Assembly: GCF_036971445.1 (NCBI RefSeq)
Contig: NC_091473.1
Span: 250,790,001 to 250,854,000, forward strand
DNA length: 64,000 bases
Origin: Narcine bancroftii
Lineage: Eukaryota
Direction of reading: 5' to 3'
Part shown: piece by piece, positions 11,976 to 23,654 of the stretch
How the letters are laid out: every line of letters starts with the position of its first letter
Numbering within the stretch: position 1 is the stretch's first letter
Program-made: the position numbers and the translations under genes
Notes under the pieces: model-generated
Database searches by the model: none
The model's input: only the letters and a program-made list of their open reading frames with translations
Told to the model about the DNA's origin: nothing

Positions 11976-12916
11976 TCCCATTTATCGGCTTTGCAAACCA
12001 TGGAAGCTGGATAAAATCTGGAGTGTATTGCAATGAAGATGGGTGAGGCCACAAACATTACAGATTGGTCCCACATTTGCCAAAGTTGCTTTGAAGGTTA
12101 AAAAATAAATTCCATCTCCAACTCGACTAAAGGAAAACTGCAGATTCTGGAAATCTGAAATAAAAATAGAACATTCTGGAAACATTCGGCAACATCTGAG
12201 GGAACAGCTAACATTTCAAGTCAGAGACTCCTCATCAGAAACAGGAAAGAGTGAAAGAGAAAATAGTTGAATACTGCAGAGAAGCTGTCGGGAGAGGAGA
12301 TGGAATAACTGGACAGGGCTCCATCAGTGACACTGGAGCATCTTCACCAGGGGCGAAGCCAGGTTCTAATGTGAGGGGAAGCAAGCACCGAAAAAAGACC
12401 ATCACGACACATACCGGAATGTTGCGTCAGTGGTTGAATGGCGGGCCACACTGAATTTTCGGCCAGAGGTGGAGGGAGCTCTCCTGAGTCTGTCAGAACG
12501 CAAGTAAAGTCATACTTCCAGAAGAGATCAATGGAGATTAGTTCTGTCCTTAAATGTACGTGAATTGTGAATAAACGATAGGAAACCACAGACCACAGGC
12601 GTCTTCATAGCCTTACAGTGTGTACAATATTTTTGTGAAATGAATGATAATCTCAACTCAAATGAAACACGTAGGAAAGCATTGGGAAGAAAAGAGGAAT
12701 GCCTTCAAAACTGAGTGAAGTCTAATTCTGTAACTGATTATATACATGAGTAAAATCCCGTGTTGTGCTGAGACTGATGTCAGTTCTGCAATGGGTGTCA
12801 GGAGCTGTTTATCCTCATGCCTTTCCCTGGTTATATCTTTATTCGAAAATGAGCATCGACATGGGTGGACAGTAAAGATCAGGGCCCTTGTTGATCCGAA
12901 CTGGTAGCAGTGTCAC

Positions 12917-13521
12917 CTTGTTTAGGGGAGCCGGGACTTGTTTAGGGGAGCCGGGACTTGTTTAGGGGAGCCGGGACTTGTTTAGGGGAGCCGGGACTTG
13001 TTTAGGGGAGCCGGGACTTGTTTAGGGGAGCCGGGACTTGTTTAGGGGAGCCGGGACTTGTTTAGGGGAGCCGGGACTTGTTTAGGGGAGCCGGGACTTG
13101 TTTAGGGGAGCCGGGACTTGTTTAGGGGAGCCGGGACTTGTTTAGGGGAGCCGGGATTTGTTTGTTTAGGGGAGCCGGGACTTGTTTAGGGGAGCCGGGA
13201 CTTGTTTAGGGGAGCCGGGACTTGTTTAGGGGAGCCGGGACTTGTTTAGGGGAGCCGGGACTTGTTTAGGGGAGCCGGGACTTGTTTAGGGGAGCCGAGA
13301 CTTGTTTAGGGGAGCCGGGACTTGTTTAGGGGAGCCGGGACTTGTTTAGGGGAGCCGGGACGTTTAGGGGAGCCGGGACTTGTTTAGGGGAGCCGGGACT
13401 TGTTTAGGGGAGCCGGGACTTGTTTAGGGGAGCCGGGACTTGTTTAGGGGAGCCGGGACTTGTTTAGGGGAGCCGGGACTTGTTTAGGGGAGCCGGGACT
13501 TGTTTAGGGGAGCTGGGACTT
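12917..13521. repeat. Minisatellite, 20-bp unit CTTGTTTAGGGGAGCCGGGA, about 30 copies
   Basis: Head-to-tail copies read directly; only about 4 variant units. Confidence 0.98.
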
Positions 13522-14164
13522 TGCCCATGCACAACCCATGAACTCTAGGACCTACCATCCTGTGCTTCCTGTTGACTGGTCCCAAGAATTCTATCGAGCT
13601 GGAAGCCCCTTTTAAGGTTTCAGCTGGTCTGCGCACATAACTAAACAAGGCCATGCGGGGGAGAAGTAGTTGAATAAAGCAAAGAGTTCGGGGTGGGGAG
13701 GCAAATAAAACAGTTTGTCCTCAGTTTACTGCAACATTTAACATTGATGCTTTTTTTAAACATACTGAGTGAGGGTGCAGAGACCATGCCTTGGAGCACA
13801 TTTCAAGTGAGTAGATGGGAGAGCATGTGCAGTTCTTCCTTTTCACCCCAACTCCTGTGATGCACTGGTGGCCACCAGCACAACACAAGAGACTGGGCAG
13901 TGAGATCATAGTTCAAAAAGGTGCCACTTTTGAATAATGTGCTCAGGGGGAGCGGTCGCCCCCCCGGCCCACCACCCCCCCCCCAGCTGCACTCCCCCCT
14001 CCAGAGTTGGAGTCATAAAGTCACAGCAAAGAAGCAGGCCCTTCATCCCATCATATTCATGCTCTCCTGCTTTGCCCCTATTAGAACCTATATAAGTGTC
14101 TATCTAAATGTCTCCAACGTAATAATTGTATCTCATTCCTCCGCCTCTCCTTATGACTAAAATC

Positions 14165-14830
14165 CTCCAATCCAGTCAAAATCATGGCGAGTCTGTTCTG
14201 CACTCTCTCTAGTGCAATCATCTCCTCTCTATATCATGGCAACCAGAAGTGCACACAATGCTCCAAGTGTGGACTATCCAGTGTTTTGTAAATTTGCAAA
14301 GGAATCTCCCAACTCCATGCTGCGATCTCTGAAGACAAATATTCTGTAAACCTTCTTCCCCTCCCTTGCAACCTGTGCTGCAGTTTTCAGGGAACAATTG
14401 ACACTTGTATACTAGATCCCACTGTTCATCCGCCTTCCTTAGTGCCCTATATACGTCCTACACCAATTTTACTTCAAAAATGCATCACTTCTGATTTCTC
14501 AGGATTAACTTCCATTCACTAATTTCTGCTCAACTTTCCAACTGACTTACATCTTGTTGTGGCCTTAACAATTGTCCTCAATATCACAACACCTCCAATT
14601 TCCATATCATTTACATCATATCTCTTACATTCACATCAAAGTTGTAAATATAAATTACAACAGCAAAGGATCCAGCACAAATCCCTGTCAAATACTACTT
14701 CTCACACATTTCCAATAAGAGTAACATCCTTCCAGAACCACTTTTGTCCCCCATCACCCAGTAAACTTTGGATCCAAATAGTCAGCTCAACATGGACCCC
14801 ATATGTCTTCGCCTTTTGGTCCAGTGCACA
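14165..14830 (-). mobile_element. Old CR1 LINE fragment
   Basis: Degenerate antisense CR1 ORF2 text (CCAGAAGTGCACACAATGCTCCAAGTGTGG; TGCATCACTT). Confidence 0.65.
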
Positions 14831-15067
14831 ATACAAGACCTCAAGAATTGCTCCAATAGCCCATTTGATCTCATCGCATCTTATTATTGATATTCTCTTT
14901 GTCCTATTCATTTTTCCTGTCCACTTCTCTTTTCCACGGAAGCTGTCTGGCCTGCTGAGTGTTTCCAGCATTTTCAGTCAATAATTTTTACCTCACCTTC
15001 AGCCAGGCACACATTAAGGTAAATTATTTGTCAAATACTTCATTTAATGTCATTGGCTTCTTTAGAC

Positions 15068-15440
15068 CAGTGGTTCTCAACCTTTTTCTTTCCATTCACA
15101 TCCCACTTTAAGTAATCCCTATGCCATCAGGGCTCTGGGATGAGTAAGGATTGCTTAAGGTGGGATGTGGCTGGGAAGGGAAGGTTAAGAATCATTGTTC
15201 TAGACCCAATAGTTACTGAAATATTTTGCTAAGAAAAATTGTCATTGGCCCATTTTTTTTGGAGTTCTGAAACCATGCACATAACAAGTCAATTAAGTAC
15301 GATTAAAGCAGTAGTTTTCAGACTTTTTCTTTCCATCCACATGCCACCTGAAGTAATCCCTTACTCATCATAGAGCACCTTTGGCGTAGGGGTTACTTCA
15401 GATGGTATGAAAGTGGAAAGAAAAAGTTTGAAAACCACTG
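15068..15440 (+). mobile_element. Composite non-autonomous hAT (Charlie-like) element: two MITE units plus spacer
   Basis: TIRs CAGTGGTTCTCAACC / AAAACCACTG; 8-bp TSD CTTTAGAC/CTTTCGAC. Confidence 0.88.
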
Positions 15441-15522
15441 CTTTCGACAGTGTCTGCTGCTTCACACATGTTTTGATTGCCTCTCAATGGTGGAGTAATT
15501 CAACATTCCATTCCCTCTCGGA

Positions 15523-15660
15523 CAGTGGTTTTCAAGCATCTCTTCCACTCACATACCACCTTAAGTAATCCCTTTCTACCCTATGCCACAGGTGCTCTGT
15601 GGTTAGTAAGGGATTACTTAAGTTGCTATGTGAGAGGAAACAACAGGTTAAGAACCACTG
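15523..15660. mobile_element. Single hAT MITE unit of the same family
   Basis: CAGTGGTT...AACCACTG ends; TSD CTCTCGGA/CTCTAGGA. Confidence 0.82.
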
Positions 15661-15789
15661 CTCTAGGAGATCATTTATTACCATATACAAAAATTCACTC
15701 ATGAAAATGAGCCTTTTGTCAGTCAAGGCTTAATATCCATTACTCTGGCTTGCCGAGAGATAGAACCAGCTCACAGAAAAAGAGCAAAG

Positions 15790-16722
15790 TACTGTATTTT
15801 TACACATATAAGGTGTTTTTTACAAACCAGGTATCCCCCCCACCCCATCCGCTGCGTGTTATATGCGCATGCACACTATACAAGAATATTGTTACATGTT
15901 GAAAATACACACACAATTTATAGCAGGCGTGGGAAAGTTGCATCAGCAATTTATAGCAAACGTGGAAATGTAATAGCAGCAATGAAAGAATGTGCACAAT
16001 TTATAGCGGGCATGAGAAATTTTGATCTCGGGAAAATCTCTTTGACCTGAGTGCTATGGTATTCCAAGAAACAGGATATTCTGAGTAGGGCACTGAACCT
16101 TATCAATGTTAACTGAACAGACCCATCCCCTGAGAGAGGAGTTTAACGTATCAAGTGCCTCTGATCTGAGACAACATTGGGATGATTTTGCCCTGATATC
16201 AGTTTAATCATCCTTATTACATCAAATCAAGCCATAAATATCTCAATTGCACACTATTTTTAACAAGATAAGGTTTCACTTAAAGAAAGGCTTTTTAAAT
16301 CATGACAGAATTAAAAATCCTGCTTAACTCTGAAGCCTCTCTTTGATCTATTGAATTGATTCCTCTCCAAAGCTTGTTAACGTGTTGCAGGAGGATATCA
16401 TCTCTTTAATGGGCGATTGCCACCTCTGGGGGAAATTGAATGAGTGTAAAGCACGGGAGATTAATTGTGGCAGATAGTAGGACCTCACACTCTCCACGAT
16501 CCAACCTCTCCAATCTGCACCTGCCTACATTTTGCTCATATCTCAATGAAGGGCTCAGGTTCGAGGCATTAGTTATGTATCTTTATTCAAATTGCTCTTG
16601 TGAATTGGAATGTAGGCTATAACATCCGCGTGGTATTAGTGCTTATACAGATATATCTTTACTCAATTTATGATTTTGTGAACATTATATGCGTGTGCTC
16701 ATTATACGAGTGAAAATACAGT
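15790..16722. mobile_element. Possible Tc1/mariner (Tc2/Tigger-like) non-autonomous element ends
   Basis: TACTGTATTTTTACACATATAA at 15790 and TTATACGAGTGAAAATACAGTA ending 16722 form an imperfect TA-flanked inverted pair. The interior is heterogeneous. Confidence 0.45.
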
Positions 16723-16754
16723 AATCCATTTCTGACTAGTCCCTTCCCCGTCCC

Positions 16755-16762
16755 TATAAATA
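16755..16762 (+). promoter_or_regulatory. Candidate TATA box of gene 1
   Basis: TATAAATA about 108 bp upstream of the leader ATG, in non-repeat sequence. Confidence 0.5.
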
Positions 16763-16862
16763 TACCAATTAATTTTGAAACTCCTATAGACAGTCAAGCA
16801 GTATCAAGATATGAAATAGGAACAATATCACAAGTTTCACCAGGATTCAAAAATAGAAAGCA

Positions 16863-16902
16863 ATGGACTTTGCATTCCTTTATTTTGTGATCTCCTTCTC
16901 AG
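16863..16902 (+). CDS. Gene 1 exon 1, signal peptide MDFAFLYFVISFS
   Basis: Kozak-like GCAATGG, hydrophobic codons, consensus donor CAG|GTAAGT, phase 1. Confidence 0.85.
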
Positions 16903-19900
16903 GTAAGTGACAACAATTACCCTTCAAGATTGGTAATATTGGTTTTTAGTGGAACTAGGGACAATTAGCAGAGGTGTGCTTGTCTAATTGTAAGTTTGTT
17001 CACATGAGCAGTTGAGTTAAGTGCATGGAAAACCTCACAGTCTCCATGATCGAACCTCTCCAATCTGCTCCTGCCTATGGTTTGCTCATATCTCAATGAA
17101 GGGCTCAGGTTTGAGTGTTGGTTATGTATCTTTATCTTCGCTTTGTGGCCTGTTGAGTTTCTCCGGCATCGTTTTTTTTACTGCTGGGTACATTGTTCCC
17201 ATAGAATCAAATGTATCTAACCGTGGGAACAGAAATATCTCAACCAGCACGTCCTACTCCTCTGGGTGGTTGTAAGAGTCTATTGTACACAAATTAGCTG
17301 CCATTACCACAAACATTGCACTCAAAAATGTTGTAATGGTTGCAAATTGCTTTGTTCGGACGATGATCCAAGCTTTCCTTGCGTCCTTCAGCTTTTGTGC
17401 ATTTCCTAGAACCATAGAACAAAACAGGCTCTTCAGATCTTCTAGTCTGTGTTGAAGTATTATTCTCCCTAGGTCCACAAGTCTGTACCCCAACCATAGC
17501 CCTCCATACCCCACTTCATGATTGAGCCCACATTCAACACTTCAGCTGGCAGCCTGTTCCACACTCCCACTACTCACTGTGTGAAGAGGTTCCCCCTCAT
17601 GTTCCCCCTTTCACCCTTAACCCATGTCCTCTGGTTTGTATTTCACCTACCCTAAGTGGAAAAAAAAGGTCTGTCTAGACCTCTCATAATTTTAAATACC
17701 TCTATCAAATCCCCCCCTCATTCTTCTACACACCAGGGCACAAAATCCTAAACTGTTTAACTTTTTCCTGTAACTTAATTCCTGAAGTCAGGGCAACATC
17801 CCAGTAAATCCTTTTCAAATAATTAAAACCATTTCAAGGACTGACATGTCTCAACGGAGTGGCACAGAATTGCCTGCTCTTAGTTTGTTTTTATCACTTT
17901 CTATTTGTTACTACTCTAACCCAGCCATTCTCAAAAGGCCACACCACATTTAAGTAAAAGCCTGGGTTTCTTTTCCCCTCACTCAACTTAAGTTACAGTG
18001 CCAGTGTTTGTACGTTCTCCCCGTGTCTGCCTGGGATTCCTCCACATGTTCCGGTTTCCCCTGCCATTCAAAACATAGGTTGTAGGTTAACTGGGGCATG
18101 AGCTTGTTGGCTGGAAGGCCTGCTACCGTGCTGTATGGCTGGAATAAAAAAATTAAATTTTTTTAATGTTTTTTTTATGTCATCTGAAGGAGAGAAGTAC
18201 AGAAGAAACCAAAACTTGACTGCTTCACGGGGAAGTGGTCCATTAAACTTTCAGCAATCCAGGGGAGGGGGAGGCACCATAGCCAAAAAAAAAGGTTTCG
18301 AATGGCTGTGGACTGTTCTGAACCATACAATCCGAGATTAAGAACGATTTAGTGATTATGCCAAAAGACGGTGCTAATTGATATTAAGAACTGTGAAATT
18401 ATCTCAAAGCATAGAACATTACTGGCCCCTTTGGCCCTTCTAGTCTGTGCTGAACCATTTTTTTACCTCCTCCCACTGACCTGCATCCGGTCTGTAGCCC
18501 TCAATACCTCTGCTGTCCATGTACCTGTCCAAATTCATCTTAAATGTTAAAATTGAGCCCTCATTCACCACCTCAGCTAGCAGCTCGTTCCACTCTCTCT
18601 GTGAAGAAGTTCCCCCTCATGGACTCTGAAGCCAAATACAATCTGCTGGGGGGTCTCAGCAGGTTGAGCATCATTAGTGGGAGTCTTGATGAAGTCCTCC
18701 AGCCGGAATCAACCATTCATTTCCTCCTGCTGATCGACCTGTTGAGTTCCTTCAGCTGATGGTGAGAACTTCTGAGTCCTTGGATTGGAGGAATGGCAGG
18801 TGATAGGGAGCGTATTTTCAAATTACCTTAAACTCTTTAGTATATGCTCAGATTTTTCTTGTTTAATATAATTTGGCCACTCCATTATGAAGTCTCATTG
18901 AGGGATGAGTATCCCGAAGAATTTCTCCTCTTGTCTGGTTCACTGCTCCCCTCGTTATACCCATTGCTCTCTACTACCCTCTCACCTGTATATCCAACCA
19001 TCAACCTACGCTCCTCCCCCTTCCCTTTCTTCCCTCCTCTCCTCTCCTCCTCCTCCCTCCCACCTCTACTTGTTTTTTCCAAATTCCTGACGAAGGGCTC
19101 AGAGCCAAAACGTTGACTGTCTTTTACTTCCTGCTGGCCTGCTGGATTTCTCCAGCGCGTTTATGTACCGCACCTGTTACAATTATTATATTTTAACATG
19201 TACTTTATCTTTTCACATTGAACAGTTACAAAAGCTGCTCTAAGTGGACCTCTTGAAGTAAATGGATCAGAGGGGCAATCAGTCAATATCACATGTACAT
19301 ATAGTACATTTTATCACCACCTTTTAAAGTACTGGTGCAAAGGCAAAGAGCAGTCAACCTGTACCATTCTAGTGAAGACCCGAGGCACCACAACGTCAAA
19401 TGCTGATGGCAGGATATCAATTACAGCTGATGATACAGCTGGGGAGTTTACAGTCACAATGAAACAGCTGACGTTGAGTGACCAAGGCTGGTATTGGTGT
19501 GCGATTACCACACGGTTCGTCAATCTGCATCATCCTGTAAACCTTAAGGTCATTGAAAGTAAGGTTTCAATCTACTTTTGCCAATTGTTCAGCAGAATTA
19601 CAATTCTATTAAGAAATGAAACTATTCACTGTTGGCATTAATTTCATGCTGCCTTGCATTAAGTTTTAGATCTTTAATATAAATTGATGCATATTTACCT
19701 GCACAGCATTCTTACAGTTGTTTACCTCATACTTAACAGGTCATCGGTCACTTTTGACAGCTCAATCACCAGGAAAGGAAATTGGGTAAAGGAAACATTT
19801 TCTAAATCTGCATTATTGTAGAGATTGAATGATATTTCACACTGTCCAAAGGATTATTATAGATTATTTGATGTTGAGAGAATTATACGTGGTCTCCATT

Positions 19901-21934
19901 CAAAATGTCAACCACCTCTCTGCCTCCACAGGTGCTGCCTGGCCCATTGACCCCCCCTCCCCCCACACCCACCCCCAGCAATTTGCCTTTGGCATAGGTT
20001 TCTCGAATACAGATTTAGAATCAAAAGTGATGTTACATACCACGTAAAAGTGAAAATTATGTGGTGGAAAATCAACAGCTTGTGTTGATGGCCCATGCCC
20101 TGATCTTGTAATTGCAATGTAAAAAATATCAACACTTGTTGACATTAAACCATGAAACTGGCAGAGGTTCATTGGTTTCTGATCATTTGTAGTTTCACTC
20201 AGAAATCCCCAATTTGACTATTGTGTCCTGCAGAGTTTGCTACCTTCCATCCCAACTCCACTACCCTCAAGAGAACTTGGTTAAATTGAGAAAAAAAAAT
20301 ACTTTGTGTATAAGGTGAGGGGAGGAACATTTAAGGGAGACATCAGGGGCAAGTTTTTTTTTTACACAGAGAGTAGTGGGTGCCTGGAAAACATTGCTGG
20401 TACAATAGACTCTTGGACAGGCACATGGATGCAAGAAAAATATAATGGGTGTGAGTTAGATTGTTGAGTAGGTATATATAAGTCAGCACAACATCATGGG
20501 CCAAGGTCCTGTACTGTGCTGTATGTTCCAAAAAAAAACTTTAAAGTAATAAAAAGAGGAGTGATTCCTTTTCTTGTGATACCACTTCTGGTTCTTCAAT
20601 GGCCCTTTTGGGAAGGAAATCTGCCATTCTTAAATAACCATTTAACAATTACAGCATAGAAACAGGCCAGTTTGGCCCTTCTAGTCCATGCTGAACACCT
20701 TCTCCCATCTAGTCCCATTGATCCACACCTGGGCCATGACCTTCCATATGTCTCCCATCCATATACCTATCCAATTTTTCCTAAAGTGTTAAAATCGATC
20801 CTGTATCTATCACTTGGCCAGGAGTTCATTCCACACTCCCACCACCCTCTGAGTGAAGAAATGCCCCCTCGTGTTTCCGCTAAACTTTTATCCCTTCAAT
20901 CTCAATCCATGCCTTATTGGAATCTCCCCCACTCAATGGAAAAAGCCTGACGCTACCTGTCCCCCTCATCTATGTATTGATTTAGAAAACTTTCCTGCCC
21001 CAGCCTAGGTGTTGCTTAGCACTCAATGAAATGGTCCAATTCCTTGCATCCAGTTTGCATGATGATCTGCTGGTTCATGAGATGCAGAAAAAAAACACAG
21101 AGACAGAACAAAGAGGTTAGAATTATGGGCAGCTCGCAAAAGGGTTGGGTAACACCTCACTTGGAGATTTGTTCTCTTTTTCTCAATCAGATATCCCTGA
21201 ATTTGAGTCAAGTGCTGGAGTTTCATCAGTCTGATTCTTGGGCTAAGCGAGATGGCCAAAGTAGATCGGTCCATGTTTCCTGGAAGGATGGTTAGAATAG
21301 ATAATAGGGGACTATTTTCTAGTGGGAGTTTTAAGACAAAAGGCATTCAGTAGTTTCAGGATAAAGCCACCAATAATTTAGAACAGAGGCAAGGACATCT
21401 TTATTTATGCAGGAGATTGTAGACTTCAAGAAAGTTCTAACCCAAGGACCTATGGATGCTCAGTCGATGAGTTAGATAGATATCACCCATCCTTTGTCAT
21501 GACTGGAGCTGCCTACCATAATAGTAATGGTGGACCACCTTCACCAAAAGGACTGCAGTGGTTCATCACCCACCTTATCAAAGGCAATTAAGGTTGGACA
21601 ATAGATGTTGACATTGACAGCAGTACCTTGATCAAGAAGATATTCAATGCTGAGACGATGGATGTTGACAGGGGGATAGGGCAGAAAAATGAATAGGATC
21701 AGTCATGATTTTACTGAATAAGTGGAGCTTATTGGGGTCGCCAAACACCATCTTGCTCTTGTAATCAAGTGAAAATAATGGGTCACACACATTTCTGTAC
21801 ATGGAGTAAGCTCTTCTAATTTTGCCTTTCCTCTCAGGAAAAATAATTCGAAGTACCAAATCATCTGGAGAATTTTACGTTGGAGTTTCCTTGCGATTCT
21901 AGTTGTCTGGGGCATAGTGACCGTAAAAATGTAA
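16863..21934 (+). CDS. Gene 1: CD300/pIgR-like (CMRF35-like) single-IgV receptor, activating type. join(16863-16902,19226-19558,19740-19785,21838-21934), 171 aa
   Basis: Phase-consistent GT-AG assembly gives MDFAFLYFVISFSVTKAALSGPLEVNGSEGQSVNITCTYSTFYHHLLKYWCKGKEQSTCTILVKTRG...DQGWYWCAITTRFVNLHHPVNLKVIESHRSLLTAQSPGKEIGKNNSKYQIIWRILRWSFLAILVVWGIVTVKM*. Confidence 0.82.
17408..17812 (-). mobile_element. CR1 3' fragment in gene 1 intron 1
   Basis: Antisense CR1 text (TTCCACACTCCCACTACTC; TCATAATTTTAAATACCTCTATCAAATC). Confidence 0.75.
18185..18307 (-). mobile_element. Fragment of a second MITE-like family (also about 46862-47058 and 63915-64000 on plus)
   Basis: Shared core TTTATGG(G)CCC..TTCCC.GT.AAG.AGTCAAGTTTT in three places. 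Confidence 0.6.
19226..19558 (+). CDS. Gene 1 exon 2, V-type Ig domain (CD300/pIgR-like)
   Basis: Acceptor TTGAACAG|, donor GAAA|GTAAGG, 333 nt, phase 1-1. Motifs V.ITC.Y, KYWCKG.....C, GRISI, F.V.M..L...DQGWYWC. Confidence 0.95.
19740..19785 (+). CDS. Gene 1 exon 3, short stalk (SHRSLLTAQSPGKEIG)
   Basis: Acceptor TTAACAG|GTCA is identical to that of the gene 2 stalk exon. Donor GG|GTAAAG. Phase 1-2 fits the TM exon. In-frame alternative acceptors at 19707 and 19761. Confidence 0.62.
21838..21934 (+). CDS. Gene 1 exon 4, transmembrane segment with arginines (KNNSKYQIIWRILRWSFLAILVVWGIVTVKM*)
   Basis: Strong acceptor TTTGCCTTTCCTCTCAG|, hydrophobic stretch, TAA at 21932-21934. Donors at 21931 (GTAAGC) and 21949 (GTATGT). 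Confidence 0.82.
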
Positions 21935-22094
21935 GCAAAGAAAGACTGGTATGTTTTTTTTTTAAATTAGTCCTTTCTGTCCACTTAATTTCAATAGTAA
22001 CTACTTCTGGAAGATATTCCTGGAAAACTGCTCCTTGAAACTACTTCTGAAGTGAGAGCAGAACAAACAGTTTAAGGGGTAGTACATTGAGCAC

Positions 22095-22300
22095 AATGCG
22101 GTTACGTTGCTAGCATTCAGGATTGGGGTTGGCATCCCCCAACCTGTAAGGTGTTTGTACATTCTCCTTGTGTCTGCATGGGGGCTCCAATTTCCTCCCA
22201 CCATTCAAAACATACCATGGGTTATAGGTCAATTGGGTGGCACGGGCTCATGGGGTGAAAGGGCTTGTTACCGTGCTGAATGTCTAAAATTAAAATTAAA
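22095..22300 (+). mobile_element. V-SINE (HE1-like)
   Basis: CTGTAAGGTGTTTGTACATTCTCC core and (TAAAAT)n tail. Confidence 0.7.
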
Positions 22301-22764
22301 TCTCAGATGTAAGGATTTGCCAATTAAAGAGTGAAACACGAAAATCTGCAGACACCTGCAATTGAAGTAAAAACATAGAAATACTGGAGAAACTCAGCAA
22401 GTCTCGCAGTGTCCATAGGAGGTAAAGATATATTACCGACGTTTGAGCCCGAGCCCTACTCAAGTTATAATTTGCCAATTTATACCCGCGGATGAAATCG
22501 TAATGAGAATGTTTCTATTGAAACAGTAAAGTTGGTGTCAAAGTTAAATGTACATTCAGTTGTCTGATTCACTCCTTTACAACAACCTCTATGATTCTGT
22601 TTCTGATCTCATCAAGATGAGGGAGCTCCTCGCAGGGAAATAAGGGTCCTTTCCTTCTGTTTTCATCCTGTTGGATGAGCTTGCCTTAGAACAGCTCAGT
22701 ACAGGCCCTTCAGTTCATAATCTTGTGCTGACCTATGTTACCCTGCTTCCCATCAATCCCTTCC

Positions 22765-23595
22765 CAATGGAGCAGCTGAACTTAATGGATGTTTGGAGAA
22801 GGCTTCACTCTAGAGAGAAGGATTATTCCTTCCATTCAAGACAACATGACTCCTACTTGAAGATAGATTACTTTTGGTTGCAGCCCATTTACAGGGCAGG
22901 ATCATGAAATTGAATACAAGGCGACACTTTTATCAGACCACTCACATCTTGTATTAACTATTGATATGCCAGACAAGAAGGCGACGCCTACATATATTGT
23001 TGTTAAAGTGGCCGGATATTTGTAACTTTATTTGGAACCAAATAACAATGTTCTGTGAGACCAACTATAATTCCACTTTTGAGAGCATATTTGAGAGTTC
23101 AAATAATTCACTCTGCCTCTAGAATTAAAAAAGAGTAAACAAGGGAGGTGGAAGAATTGGAAAAGGAGATTATAATTTTGGAAAAGGACCTTCAAGGAGT
23201 GGGCTCTGAGGATAAACGTAGACAGTTAATTAATAAAAGGCTCAAATAATAATACAATATATACGTATAAAATGGAGAAAATTATAACAAGATCTAAACA
23301 GAATGAGAGGAAAGAACCCATAAGGTCCTCTCCTGGCAGTAGAAAGCAGAAGAAGCCTCCAGAACAATAAATGCAATTAAGCAAGACTCGAACAGGATCT
23401 CTTATAAACCAGAGGATATAAATGAAGCTTTCATGCAATTTTATGCTAATTTATATGAATCTCAATCGATAGGGGATTTGAATAAAATTCAGTTTCCTGT
23501 TGCAATTATTGATACTGTTGTTTTTCTTTTTGATTATTCTTCATTTTAACTGCATGCTGATTGAAAATTCTCAAAATAAAATATTTGGAAAAAAT
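22765..23595 (+). mobile_element. L1-clade LINE fragment (endonuclease end, linker, 3' tail; internally deleted)
   Basis: LMDVWRRLHSREKDYSFHS..HDSYLKIDYF followed by LSDHS; AATAAAA and an A-rich end near 23575. Confidence 0.8.
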
Positions 23596-23654
23596 ATATC
23601 TAATCCTTCCCGCCCTCACACCTATAATCCTCTGTTTATTTGGAAAATTGGATC

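Noticed and set aside
12917-13521. CRISPR array or true telomeric tract
   Set aside because: The units are contiguous with no unique spacers, the context is eukaryotic, and TTAGGG occurs once per 20-bp unit rather than as (TTAGGG)n.
18227-18237. PU.1 site GGGGAAGTG in gene 1 intron 1
   Set aside because: It lies in a MITE fragment whose other copies vary at this position, and has no independent support.
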